From assembly GCA_039621445.1 (NCBI GenBank), contig CP154954.1, forward strand, positions 2,914,001 through 2,978,000: a DNA stretch of 64,000 bases, in the 5' to 3' direction. Origin of the DNA: Euglena gracilis. Lineage: Eukaryota. Each line of letters opens with the position of its first letter. The stretch's first letter is position 1. This document shows positions 53,126 to 64,000 of this stretch, piece by piece. Below the pieces are notes generated by a model. The model did no database searches and was not told where the DNA came from. It saw nothing but the letters and a program-made list of their open reading frames with translations. The position numbers and the translations under genes were made by a program.

Positions 53126-53530
53126 CCTGTTGTCACCTTTTTCAGTTTGGTGGAGTGATGGAAAGTGAGAGGTGCATATTTCAGTGCACTGGGCCGAGAA
53201 GACATATGCAAAGCGACATATTGCATCCTGGGACCGACATGTTAGCCATTTTGGTGTTCTTTGGACTCGGGGGGGGGGGCAGCAATCGAATTTCAGCCTC
53301 TAGGAACCGTCTTGTGGGTCGTCATAGAGATTTGTCCTCCATTTTTGGATTTGCCATATTGTCAGCAAGTTGTTTATTGGGGGTAGATAAACAATTTCTT
53401 TCCCCATGGATAAACAATTCTTTCCCCATTAACGTGAATATTTAGATTAAAAGAGGCACAAGGAGCCAAAGTCCAAATTGAATCACCTATTTCGCCAAGG
53501 AAAACGTAAAACCGGGGGGTTTTTTGGAAG

Positions 53531-53587
53531 CACGAACAATCACGAACAATCACGAACAATCACGAACAATCACGAACAATCACGAAC
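53531..53587. repeat. 10-bp minisatellite (CACGAACAAT)n
   Basis: Five full units plus a partial unit. Confidence 0.95.
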
Positions 53588-53625
53588 CGGATTTCATACT
53601 TCCTAGCACGAACCGGTGGTAAACC

Positions 53626-53798
<173 letters not shown>

Positions 53799-56431
53799 AT
53801 GCTTTTTGCGGCCTTGGCAGCATCGAGACCACATCAACACAGACTTTGCATGAAATGGCTGACAAGACCATCGGTCAGTCTAGCCAAATTTTCTTCTTGC
53901 TGTCCCACCCGGGCGCTTGGCCCAGGCCATGAAGGTATGGCCAGGGGGCCAACCTTAGGGGGGCCAAGTTTGCATGTGAAGAATTTTGGCGGCCATGTGC
54001 AAAAGGCCATCCCTACAGGGGCCAAGTTTGCATGTGAGGAGGAGGGTGGCCAAACGCCACCCTGGGGGTACTGTGCATCCGGCACATTTTCTTCAAAGCA
54101 ATTGGGTGGGTGTCTCAACTAGCAGATATCCCCTCCAGTCAAGCAACCTTCAGTGCCGAAGCAATCCAACGGTGTTTTCAAAAGGACAACAGCCTGCAAG
54201 CAACGCCATCCCCAGGCTCGATTTTCCTCGAGGTCCCTGGGCTTTCACCGTGGCTGCGAAGAAGAAGTCGTGGATGGTTTAAAAAAGGTGTCACGAAACT
54301 GCTTGATCCTGATGTCAACCTTGATGCCAACAAAGTCATACCATTCCTCACTGTCTTACCAGGGGTGATTACAGATTAACTGATTGCTTTTTGGGCTCTA
54401 CACCCCCCAGGGGAGGCCAGATGACCGAAAGTGGCACCGTTGGCCCAACGAAACATTTTCCCAATAAACACCCCAATCTTGGACCACAAATGCAAATATA
54501 CTGGAAGAATTGGCACCCCCACTAGCCTTAGTGGGGGGGGGGTGGGCGGGTGTGGGGTTGGGTTGGGTTGGGATAACCAAAAAATTCGGGTGCATTTTCG
54601 GAATCACTGTGAAATGTGCTTCCTTAAGTGGGGGTAGTAATTAGTGGGACGTCCTACAGGAATTATCTAGTGGGACAGGCAAAAAAATAATTTTGTTCAA
54701 AATCTCCAATGGTCCTGCACAAGTGCAGGATCATTCTAAAATCCCTCACCAGGAACCAAAAACAATTTTCCGGCGCTTCTCGCCGGGAAAATGAAATTTT
54801 CGCCGTAGGTTTTGACCATTTTTTTTCAAAAAGTGCGCTTTTTGGGGCCTTTTTCAAGGCCCGTTTTTTTTTCCGGTGCAAAGAGCTTTACAATTTTTTT
54901 GCTCAGGGGGAGGGGGGTCCAACTCGCACACCCTCCAGGGGGTCCTACACCCCTGTCCCCGCTCATTTTTTACCCTTCCTTTCCCCCACGGTGACATTTG
55001 TGGCTTGTGTTCTGCAGTGCCCGGCAGTTGCAGGCGCAGGCCAAGCCCCGGGACCATTCTGTTGGCGTTCCCATCTGATGAATCAAGGGCCCCAATTTTT
55101 CGCGCTCTTGTTTTTATAGCTCCTTGGGAGCTATGACGCTTCCACCCTCTATAGCTCGGAAGCTCTGCAAGCTTTGCGAGTCACGTGTCGCTTGTCCTCT
55201 GCGTTGCGTGTGTAATAGCTTTGGCTCTCGCGTCTGCGGGCCAAGACTCGATCGCCCGCCCCACAGGTTCCTTGCATGGCTTGGCTGGAAATCCTTGGGT
55301 GTTGGTACCCCCCCCCAGGCGCTCCCCCCCCGGGCGCTTGCCCCCCCCCCCTCCTCCTTACATGCAAACTTGACCTTCCTAAAACTTCAGCCTTAATTTG
55401 CAACTTTGCGCCCAATTTTAGGGCGTTTTGGCTTGTTTTACGCATGGTTGGTACCCTGGCCTAACGTTCAATCGGGTCCAGGGCGCCTGGGGGGGGGCAA
55501 CCACCTTCGCTGGTGCAGTGTGATGCAGTAATTGTGGTGTCTAACTTAGACGGCTGGGAATGCACTTTTCATTTTTGGTGGTTTTTTGCGCACCTGCGCA
55601 TTCTTTTGTGTCCAGTTGTGTTGCCATCACTTGACGGGGCGGCGCACCCGTCAGCTGAAGCCCCTTGTACCAAATTGTGTACCATTACTTTCGACCCCCG
55701 TGTTTTTTTACTGGGTAAACCAACTTTTTTCGTTTTGAAATTGATGATTTAGCACCTCCGCCGACTGGGGGAAACCTCCCGTCTGCCGAAGTAGGTGCGA
55801 CACAAAACGCTGTTTCACGAGGACGAACCCTGGTCAGGTGGTAAGAGTTTCGGTAGGCTGTGCACAAATTGGCGAAAAATATTAAAATTTTGCGGCCAAG
55901 GTTGCAAGTTGTGGCTGCAGGCCAACTTTAACAAGGCCAAGTTAAAAAAGGAAAAGAAAGGACAAGTGGTGTAACGGCCCGCAGTGCCACTGGCAGTGCC
56001 ACCGCAATTCACCCCACACCTGCGTGGCACCTCCCTCCAGGGGACAGATGGGTTTTCGAGAACCAAAGCAACCAGGGGGGTGGGGGCGGGGGAGGTGCAC
56101 CATGGGCCAGTCTGTCGTGTCCCGACCGAAGGCCAGACCGGAACTTTTTTGAAAGACTTCCAGCCGAGTTTGTGTTTGTGGGAGGGTGGACCCCCCCTCC
56201 CCAACTGCCAGGGTGGTTGAGCAATTTTTTTGTGGATCCGCCCGCCAGCTGGGGAATGATTTGCGAGCTAGGGGTTTCCTGCTTTTGATAACGGCTTTCC
56301 TGGTAAAGGTTGTACTGAGCTCGAATCTCCCTGGACCCCAGTTCATGATTTTCATCCCCAGTTGTGGAAATTTTGGAAGTTCTCCACCTTATCCCGTCCA
56401 CGCCATGTTGTTGACACTCACCCCTTTCCCT

Positions 56432-56703
56432 GTTATTTGCTGTTTTCATCATTGTTACCATTCCTTTGCACCCACACCCCCCATCTGGAGCAATCAAACC
56501 GCATCAAAGGTTTCAAAGTTAATTAAGTTTGTGTTTTTACAGCTCGGCAATAAATTTATTAATTAAGTTATTTGCTGTTTTCATTATTGTTACCATTCCG
56601 TTGCACCCACACCCCCTGTCAAAGCGACATTCCTGGAGCAATCAAACCGCATCAAAGGTTTCAAGGTTAGTTAAGTTTGTATTTTTACAGCTTGGCAATA
56701 AAC
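56432..56703 (+). repeat. ~135-bp tandem duplication
   Basis: GTTATTTGCTGTTTTCAT...GGAGCAATCAAACCGCATCAAAGGTTTCAA...GGCAATAAA occurs twice in tandem. Confidence 0.92.
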
Positions 56704-57387
56704 AAAGTTTCATTAAACATATCGTCTTTTTTTCAAAATAAATTTTCAAAAATGAGTGTTTGGGGTTTTGACTTCTTCTTTTTGAAGGGGAAAAAGAGAG
56801 GTTTCTCATTTCGTTTTATGGTCCATCTTTCCAACTCGTACTTCCTCTTTGTGTGGGCAACACCACTCTGATTCATATTTTCCAATGCTTAGACCGGCTG
56901 GCCAATGCGGTTTGGGGCTGGCAAGGCGGCAGTCATTGGAAAATGATTTGCCAGCCAGGGAGTGTTCTGTGGTGTTCACTGAACTGACTCCCCGTGTTCA
57001 CTGAACTGACTCCCCTCACAACAAGCAAAACTGCTGTTGGAAGTGCCAAGAATCCGCACCGACCGCACCCCAGTTCCCCATAAGTGCATAACCCGTTGTT
57101 TTTCAGCCCATCTGCGTGGTAGGGTCCAGGCATTTGCTGCCTCCCCCCTCGCTTGCCCCCCCCCCCCGGGCATTTGTCTCACACTCCTCCTTACATGCAA
57201 ACTTGTTGGTCTTCGGCCTTAACTTGCGATCTTGCCCCCCCCCCCCTTTAATGTTCTTGGCCAATTTTGAATTTTGTGCTGGCCTGCTGAAATTCTTGAT
57301 ATGCAATTTGGTCCCCAAAAGTTGGCACCCCGGCTTTACCGTCAATTGTGGAGGAATATTCAATCCAGTTGTGTGACAGTTTCAGCC

Positions 57388-57390
<3 letters not shown>

Positions 57391-57441
<51 letters not shown>

Positions 57442-57446
57442 GTGTG
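57391..57446. repeat. (GT)n microsatellite
   Basis: Direct reading. Confidence 0.97.
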
Positions 57447-57950
57447 TTTTTATGTAGCCAGGAGGAGAATAACGGGAGAAAGCGTCCTCACAGAATGCAT
57501 TGTGCTTGCTCATGGGGTCCTCCGCAATTTGCATTGATGTCCCATTCCTGACTCACCCACAAATAGAAGAACAGGTACGCTCGTGGTGTACCGACGATGG
57601 GGGGTGCATTTTTATGTGGACACTGCGCTTGCAGCGACCCTGTGCTTCTTAAAAGGAAGGTTATGCCCCGGAGGGGGGGGACATGGCTGGGGCGATGTGT
57701 TTGGCAGGGGTAATTGAAGCATTAAGGCAGGGCCGGGAGGCATTAATCCTGCAGAATTTGCATAATTTTTGCAATAATTTTAACAACAACAACAATAATT
57801 TGTAAAAAAAATTTGCATATAATTTGCATAATAATTTTTTAGGGGACAACAAGAAAAGGGCTGGAAAGCATTTCAGAAGATTGCTGTCTGCCAATGACCC
57901 ACAGGGAACTCCCCAGCCCTTTTTTGCATTTTCGGATTTTTCGCACAATG

Positions 57951-57974
57951 CATATATTTATTATAATTATATAA

Positions 57975-58005
<31 letters not shown>

Positions 58006-58106
58006 ATGTATATATATTATATGTATATGTATATATATATACATACATATACATATACATACATATATATATATTATATATATACATACATATACACACA
58101 CACACC

Positions 58107-58165
<59 letters not shown>

Positions 58166-58186
58166 ATATATATATCTCTATATATC

Positions 58187-58255
<69 letters not shown>
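57951..58255. repeat. (TA)n-rich compound microsatellite
   Basis: Direct reading. Confidence 0.97.
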
Positions 58256-58257
<2 letters not shown>

Positions 58258-61200
58258 CGACCAAACAGTGGCCAAAAGGATTTTATGCCGCATTTCTCAC
58301 CCGCACAAATCCGTATAATTGCCGCATAATCCGAATTATCCCCCCCCCCCGCATAATTCCGACAATTATTGCCTTGCCGACAATGCATTAAGGATAACTG
58401 ACATGCAGTCTGTCCCCTGCACTCATTTCATGTTTGGGAGGCCCTGGGCTTTCAGCTCCATTTCAGCATCTTGGACCTCCCACATCTGCAGCCCTACCCC
58501 AGACCACTTCGCCGCCTGTGGTTGCTATCCACTGGTTCCTATATCCGGCGGCCTCCCCTTCCCTCTGTACATCGCCTGTACATGGACCAGAGATTTTTTT
58601 TCCTTCAGTTTGGTGACCGGGGTGGGGGTTCCAGACCCCCCCCCTTAAAAAAATTCCTGCTCCGACAAGCAGTGTGCTGGTCCACTCAGCCCACTTACGA
58701 CCGCCTTTGTACTTTTTTTGCAGGCGATGACACAAGATTGCGAAAGGTGCCAAAGTGAAAAGGCCAAAGGTGCTGAAAAAGCTATTTGGGTGGAGTTGTT
58801 GGAGTGTCTGTGGCCTTTTGCGGTCAGTTTCAATAGCTTTGGATCCCCTCCACACTCTTGGCCGCCATATTCCCTACATGCAAAGTTGGCCCAAAAGTTG
58901 GCCTTCGGCCGTGACGTGCAATCTTGTCACCCCGTTAGGCTCTTTTGGCTTATTTATCATGGCCTAAATTCTTAACACTCGACTTTTCCCCAAAATTGCC
59001 CTCGGGGCCGTACCTTCAATCGTGGCCCGTGCCAAGTGCCTAGGAAAGGATGGATGGATGGGTTCCAACTCCATTTGAGTTCCCTTTGTTTGCTTAATCA
59101 ACGATCCCAAAAATTTAGAATCTTTTAACGATTCCTTAATTCTGCAAAAATGAATTTGGCAAAGGAAATTTTATTTTTTGTTTTCTTTTTATTTATTTAT
59201 TTTTATCTTGTTATATTTTATTTCACTTAATTTTTTTTTGCCAATTGCCTTTCATTCATTTTCGAATTTCTTTTAGGCAACAAATTGCATTTGTCGAAGT
59301 CAGAGCGCAAAAAAGTTTTGTGGCACTCATACCTGTCGAATTCCCATTCCTTGTGTTTTTTTGTGGTTTATTTGTTTATTTGCGTTCTGTTGCATTTGTT
59401 GAGACTCCCTGTTGAATCTCAACCCCTCCACAGTTATGAACCACACACTTACAGTGTCCACGTATGGTCTACATCGCTCAGCTTGGGGGGATGCACCCTC
59501 TCCTTGGTCATTGATCGCATGTTTGGCAGACTTCGGTCAGTTTCAATGGCAGCCAATGGCAGTCAATTAGCTTCAATGCCCTGTAGCAGGTGTACGCACA
59601 GAACGCACACAGTTACCAGAGGCCTTTTTTTCCTTCAAATTGGTGCCTGGTGCTGGAAGGGGGTTTTTTTATCCTGTTTTTTTGGGACAAAAAAGCCCGA
59701 ATTTTCGACCCATCATCGAAAACCAACTCACAGAGGGGGTCGCCGAAGGGAAGCCCTCCCGCTCCCCCAGGCCCGGGTTATACCCCCCCCCCCGGAAGAA
59801 AAATGAAAGCCGCCGGGGACGATTTTTTCGGCCGCAAACCACCCAAAACTGATTTTTTTGTCTTTTTTTTGAGACCGAGACCAGTATCAAAAATGTCATT
59901 TTGACCAAATTTGCCGAAAATTTCGGGGTCATTTTGGGGGGTCCAAAACCATCTTCACTTGCTTTTCTGGCACAACACATTCGTTTTTTTTCTTTTTTAG
60001 CTTTCCAGCCAACACAAGATGATGGAAATTTTTTGAAATCCCCCCCCCCCTGTACGAAGAAAGGTACGCAGGAAAGGTCAGTCGCACCAAAAAGGACACC
60101 AAATCAAAATGCATAGGGGTTCATGTTCTTGCCAAAGATGAACAACATCTCACCAAATCAAGCCAGAAAAGATTCTGTTCTCTTTTTCCTGAGAAAATAG
60201 CTTGATGGAAGCGCACAAGAAGCACAAAAAAAATGAAATAAAAGTGAGACGACGTCAAGGAAAATATCTGAGGATTTTTTGGAACCCATTGAGTCTGCCT
60301 TCACCCACCCACTACTCTAAGTCCAGGTTTGGTTGGTGGGAGGGGGGGTTACAAGTGAGGTGAGTTTACAAGTGGGGGGGGTTAGAGGGGAAGGGAAATT
60401 GTTCGTGTTTGGTTCACCCTCCTTCGCATGAATGGCAGCAGAAGCTCTTTCAAAGCAGAGCTTTTATTTGTTGACTTTTTGGCCGTCTGTCTTTTTTTTT
60501 TGCGGCGGCCGCCTCCGCCAAAGCCAAAAGCCGGTTCTCGCCGTCCTCTCCAAACCCCAATGCATATATCAAGGAAGTTTATTACTATTTCAAACCGAGC
60601 TTGCTTTGGTGGGAGCGGTCGGGGAGAGCGGCCTGCTCGCTTCTGCTTTGGGGCATTCTTTGGTTTCCAGTTTAACCAGCCCCTTTTTTATTGACCCCCG
60701 GGTCCCTCAGCAATCCTCTGACTCATTTCACTTAAACCCCCCCCAATTAGAAGCCCCCCCCCCCCCCAAATAACAACCCCCCCCAAATAGAAGCCCCCCC
60801 CCCCTCAGGTTTCCCGCCAAAAATCCAAATAACATTTCATTTAGGACTGTGATGGGTCACACAACTCAAAACAAATCAGCAGGACAGAACCTTTGGGCAC
60901 GGTGGCCCAACAGTGCCAAAAACAATGGATCCCTGCGACCACTACTAAAGGCTGCAGGTCAGAGGGTTTGCATGACCCTCAGGGAAAAGACTTTATTTTG
61001 CCTTTGGAATTTTTTTTCCAGTCTGGCTACATCAAAGAGGGCGAATGGTGTGCGTTTGTCCATCCAGCTGGAACCGGCCACCGAAAATCCAGCAAAGGCT
61101 GGTTTGTGGGTTTCCAGCTAAAATTTAGAGGTATAACGGCCAAAATCCTCAAAATACCATTTTTGCCCCCCTTTCCTACAAAGATTTTTGCTGTTTCAAA

Positions 61201-62711
61201 GTTCGATGCCTGGCTCAGAAGCTTTTCTTCCCCTCGGGGGAGAAAACCCACTTTTGGTTAACTCTATTTTTGGGTCAAACCTCCCTGAACCCTTCACACC
61301 TGAGCCAAGAACCCCTGAGTGTGAATTTCTTTTGGCAAAGAAGCAAATTTTTCCAAAGTCTTTTACAGCAGAATGTTGACAATCTGTTTTTTTCTTCTTC
61401 CAGAAGTCAGTGTATGTCAGTGCATGCCTTTTTGCAGTTGTGTGTACTTGTGTGCGGTTTTATACAGTGATTTTTTTTTTGCCTGCCCGTGTGGATATTT
61501 TGCACCCCCCCCCTGGGTGTCCCCCCACTTTTCCATTTTTCCCCAAGGCACACATATTTAGGCCAATGTTTTCATGCAAACTTTAGGAATAGCTGGGGGC
61601 CCTCACCCCCCCCCATTCTGGCTTGGAGGTACCTGACCACCCCCCACCCATCAGGTGTTTCGGTGTGGCCCTGTTGATGTTGATATGGCGGCTTGTCCAC
61701 AAGCCCAGAGAGGGGACAGTTGGCCCAAAACCCCAACGGCTTCCACCCGCAACACGGCCACTCCCTGACCCACTCCTTGCCTCCCAAGTGGATGGCGAGT
61801 GGATGTCCGTCATGCGCAGGCATCCCGATGCGCTGCAGCCCCTGCAATGTGGTCTGCGACAGAACTATGTGTGCGTGGGCTTTGTTGTCAGATTGTGTGT
61901 TTATTGCGGACCGAGCTGGGAGGAGAACCAGCGACCCGAGCTTCCTGAAAACAGCTGGATTCTTTTCCACCGACAGCAATTTTGAGAGACAGACCAGTTT
62001 TGAGAGGGGGAATTAAAATGGCAGTCAAAACAAATTGATGGTGAAGATATCACGGCAGCTGTTTTTTGTTGCACCCACCAATGGGTTCAAGCACCCCCCC
62101 AGCCCCAGGCGCTTGGCTCCACTCCTCCTTGCATGCGCACCTGTCCCCCTAAAGTTGGGCTTCAGCCTTCCCTTGCCACCTTGGCCGCCCATTTTTTAAG
62201 GTTTTTGGCCCAGTTTGTGCATGGCCTGCCGAAATTCTGAACATGCAAACTTGGCCCCCTAAGTTTGGCCCTCCCGGCCTTGCCATCACAGTTGACGGCA
62301 AGGCCAGGGTTCCAACCTTCGGTACAAGCGCAGCCAAGTCGGGGGCCAAGCGCCCAGTATGCAATTTGCCCCCTTTCAATCGTGGCTTGGGCAAATCCCC
62401 CGGCTGGGGGGGGGGTGGCCGATTTGGGCCACAGAAATGAACCAAGATATTGGCCCGGAGGAGGTCAGGCAGATGGAAGGGGGTCCCGGACCTCCCAAGT
62501 AAAGTCATCGATGACCATTCACTGGGGAGGGGTACCCTCGGCCGGTGAACCTCACCAGTTTGAGGCCCAGGGGTGAAATTTTGATGTGCCTCTTCTGTTG
62601 CGTATATTTTTTTTTGTTCTTTTTCCACACCCCCTGCTCAGCCTGCAGTCCAATTTTTGGCTGGTCTAGAGGTGACCCCACGTGGACTGGCACGGGGACT
62701 TGCACCGGCAC
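58256..62711 (+). repeat. Dispersed segmental duplication, copy 2 (partner 152-4000)
   Basis: Colinear with 152-4000; carries extra segments ~59925-60467 and ~60731-60839. Confidence 0.95.
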
Positions 62712-64000
62712 AGTGTGGAAGCTGCCCCTGCAGCTCGCTTCGCTCGGAGCCCCCCCTCTTGATGACCTTCCCCCTAGACTCCACCGCCACGCTCCGTGGG
62801 TCTGCGATCGAGGAGATTGCCGCCCTTGTCGTCTTCCTCCCCCTGGCGCCCGCCCCGCCTGCCCGGTGGTCTCTCAGCCGGAGGGCCCGTAACCGGCGGC
62901 AGCACGCACTACACGGAAACCCCCCGGCTGAGCAGCGGCGACCCCCACGCGGCGGCCGTCAGCCGGAGCTCAACCAGCGGCAGCTTCAAGAGTTACAGGA
63001 GGCGAGGACGCTGCGCGCTGCGGGATGGACAATACCGGCTTCGGTGGAGGACACGTCCCTCGTGCGGGTGTACGACACCCGCCTCTCGGTGGACTGGTTG
63101 CGCGACGTGGCCGCGGAGGTACGGCTCATCGACGACCCGGACACGGTCGTGGTGGTGGGGGGCGATTTTGCCTCCCAGGCAGACATCTGTGATGCATCAG
63201 CGCTCGCACCGGCGGTACCGCGGAGGTGGGGCCAGCGCCCCTCCCACATCATCATCCCGCCGCGGGAGCACCTCGGCGTCTGGATCCAGCGGCTGCGCAG
63301 TCAGCTCGATTTGGAGGACCCTTCCACCGTGTACAGCATCGCCGCGGTGGTGGACCGGGACAGCTGTCCCCAGGAGCTCAACGCCATGGCCCTGCGTCGG
63401 CTCCTTCCCGCGGCTGGCCCGCTCTTCGATGACCGGCGGGTATCCGTGGAGGCGGTGGCGGTAGCCGAGCGGCCACCCCTCTTGCGCGTGCCCGCCTCTG
63501 AACGTCGGCTGCCCCCGGAGGAGTGGGAGAGGGCTTTCCTCGCCCGCAACAAGGTCCTCATGCTGCTGCATGTCCGGCGCCTGCCTCAGGCCATTCCGGC
63601 CACGGCTGATCCACTGATGCCAACGGGAAGGTGGATCCGCGGCTCGTTACCGGATCCGGAGCCCAACCACCTCGAGCTCCTCCGAGTGGAATTTGAGCTG
63701 CCCCCGGCGACGCGGCAACGCAACGCGGAGCGGGAGCGGCGGCGCGCGCGCTGTCGAAGGTGGCGGGCGCGGTGGGGGTGGTCTTCGGCCCCGCTCACCA
63801 GCTGCGGGGCATCCAGCCCACCCATGGCGGAGTACTGGCCCTGCTGGCCGTACCGCGGCCGGAGGCGCTGCGCTGGTTGAAGGGAAGCGGCTGTGGAGGC
63901 CTCTTCGTGAGACCCTTCTGGACCCGCGATACGTGTCTTTCACTTCAGCGGCAGCAGTTCAATCTGTTGTACCTCAAGAACAGGCGTGCGGAGGCTGCTC
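62712..64000 (+). mobile_element. 5' end of a GC-rich inserted element, probably a non-LTR retrotransposon
   Basis: Homology to copy 1 stops abruptly after GCACCGGCAC (62711), with an abrupt rise in GC/CpG and a long ORF starting 50 nt later. No RT or endonuclease domain within the window. Confidence 0.65.
62762..64000 (+). CDS. Putative LINE ORF1 / polyprotein N-terminus (partial; one frameshift near 63735)
   Basis: MTFPLDS...RRARNRRQHALHGNPP...RVEFELPPATRQRNAER, continuing in another frame as AARALSKVAG...WLKGSGCGGLFVRPFWTRDT...RRAEAA, open to the window end; strong GC3 bias. Confidence 0.65.

Noticed and set aside
57824-58388. YI-repeat ORFs (and CV/HT/HART-repeat ORFs at 52777-54122)
   Set aside because: Translations of (TA)n, (CA)n and (GCAC)n microsatellites.
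62657-62761. N-terminal extension of the 407-aa ORF
   Set aside because: Crosses the insertion junction at 62711/62712; the upstream codons belong to the host duplication.

Overview
Repeat-dense eukaryotic genomic DNA with no intact host gene I can recognise. It is most likely from a euglenid: one transposase carries short GT-AG introns together with hairpin-closed non-canonical introns that have the euglenid +4..+6/-8..-6 pairing geometry. Main contents: (1) an internally deleted hAT element (39378-41564) encoding a CGGBP1-like transposase, with a 7-bp TSD, a matching MITE (26399-26768) and two non-conventional introns, one splitting the catalytic Glu codon; (2) an intron-containing, deleted Tc1-like DD37E element (30894-32077) whose right end is exactly the breakpoint of a tandem duplication (32078-42630 / 42631-49111); (3) an unassigned pseudogene family with a 'CVLW[FY]DNFWK' motif in at least three copies, possibly a novel DDE transposase, lying among other repeated, decayed minus-strand genes; (4) a ~4 kb dispersed duplication (152-4000 / 58256-62711) whose second copy is interrupted by the 5' end of a GC-rich LINE-like ORF; (5) many CAG...CTG hAT-type MITEs with 7-8 bp TSDs, a telomere-repeat foldback element in a (TA)n tract, and several microsatellites. 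All homology calls are by eye or from memory of family motifs; no database search was run.
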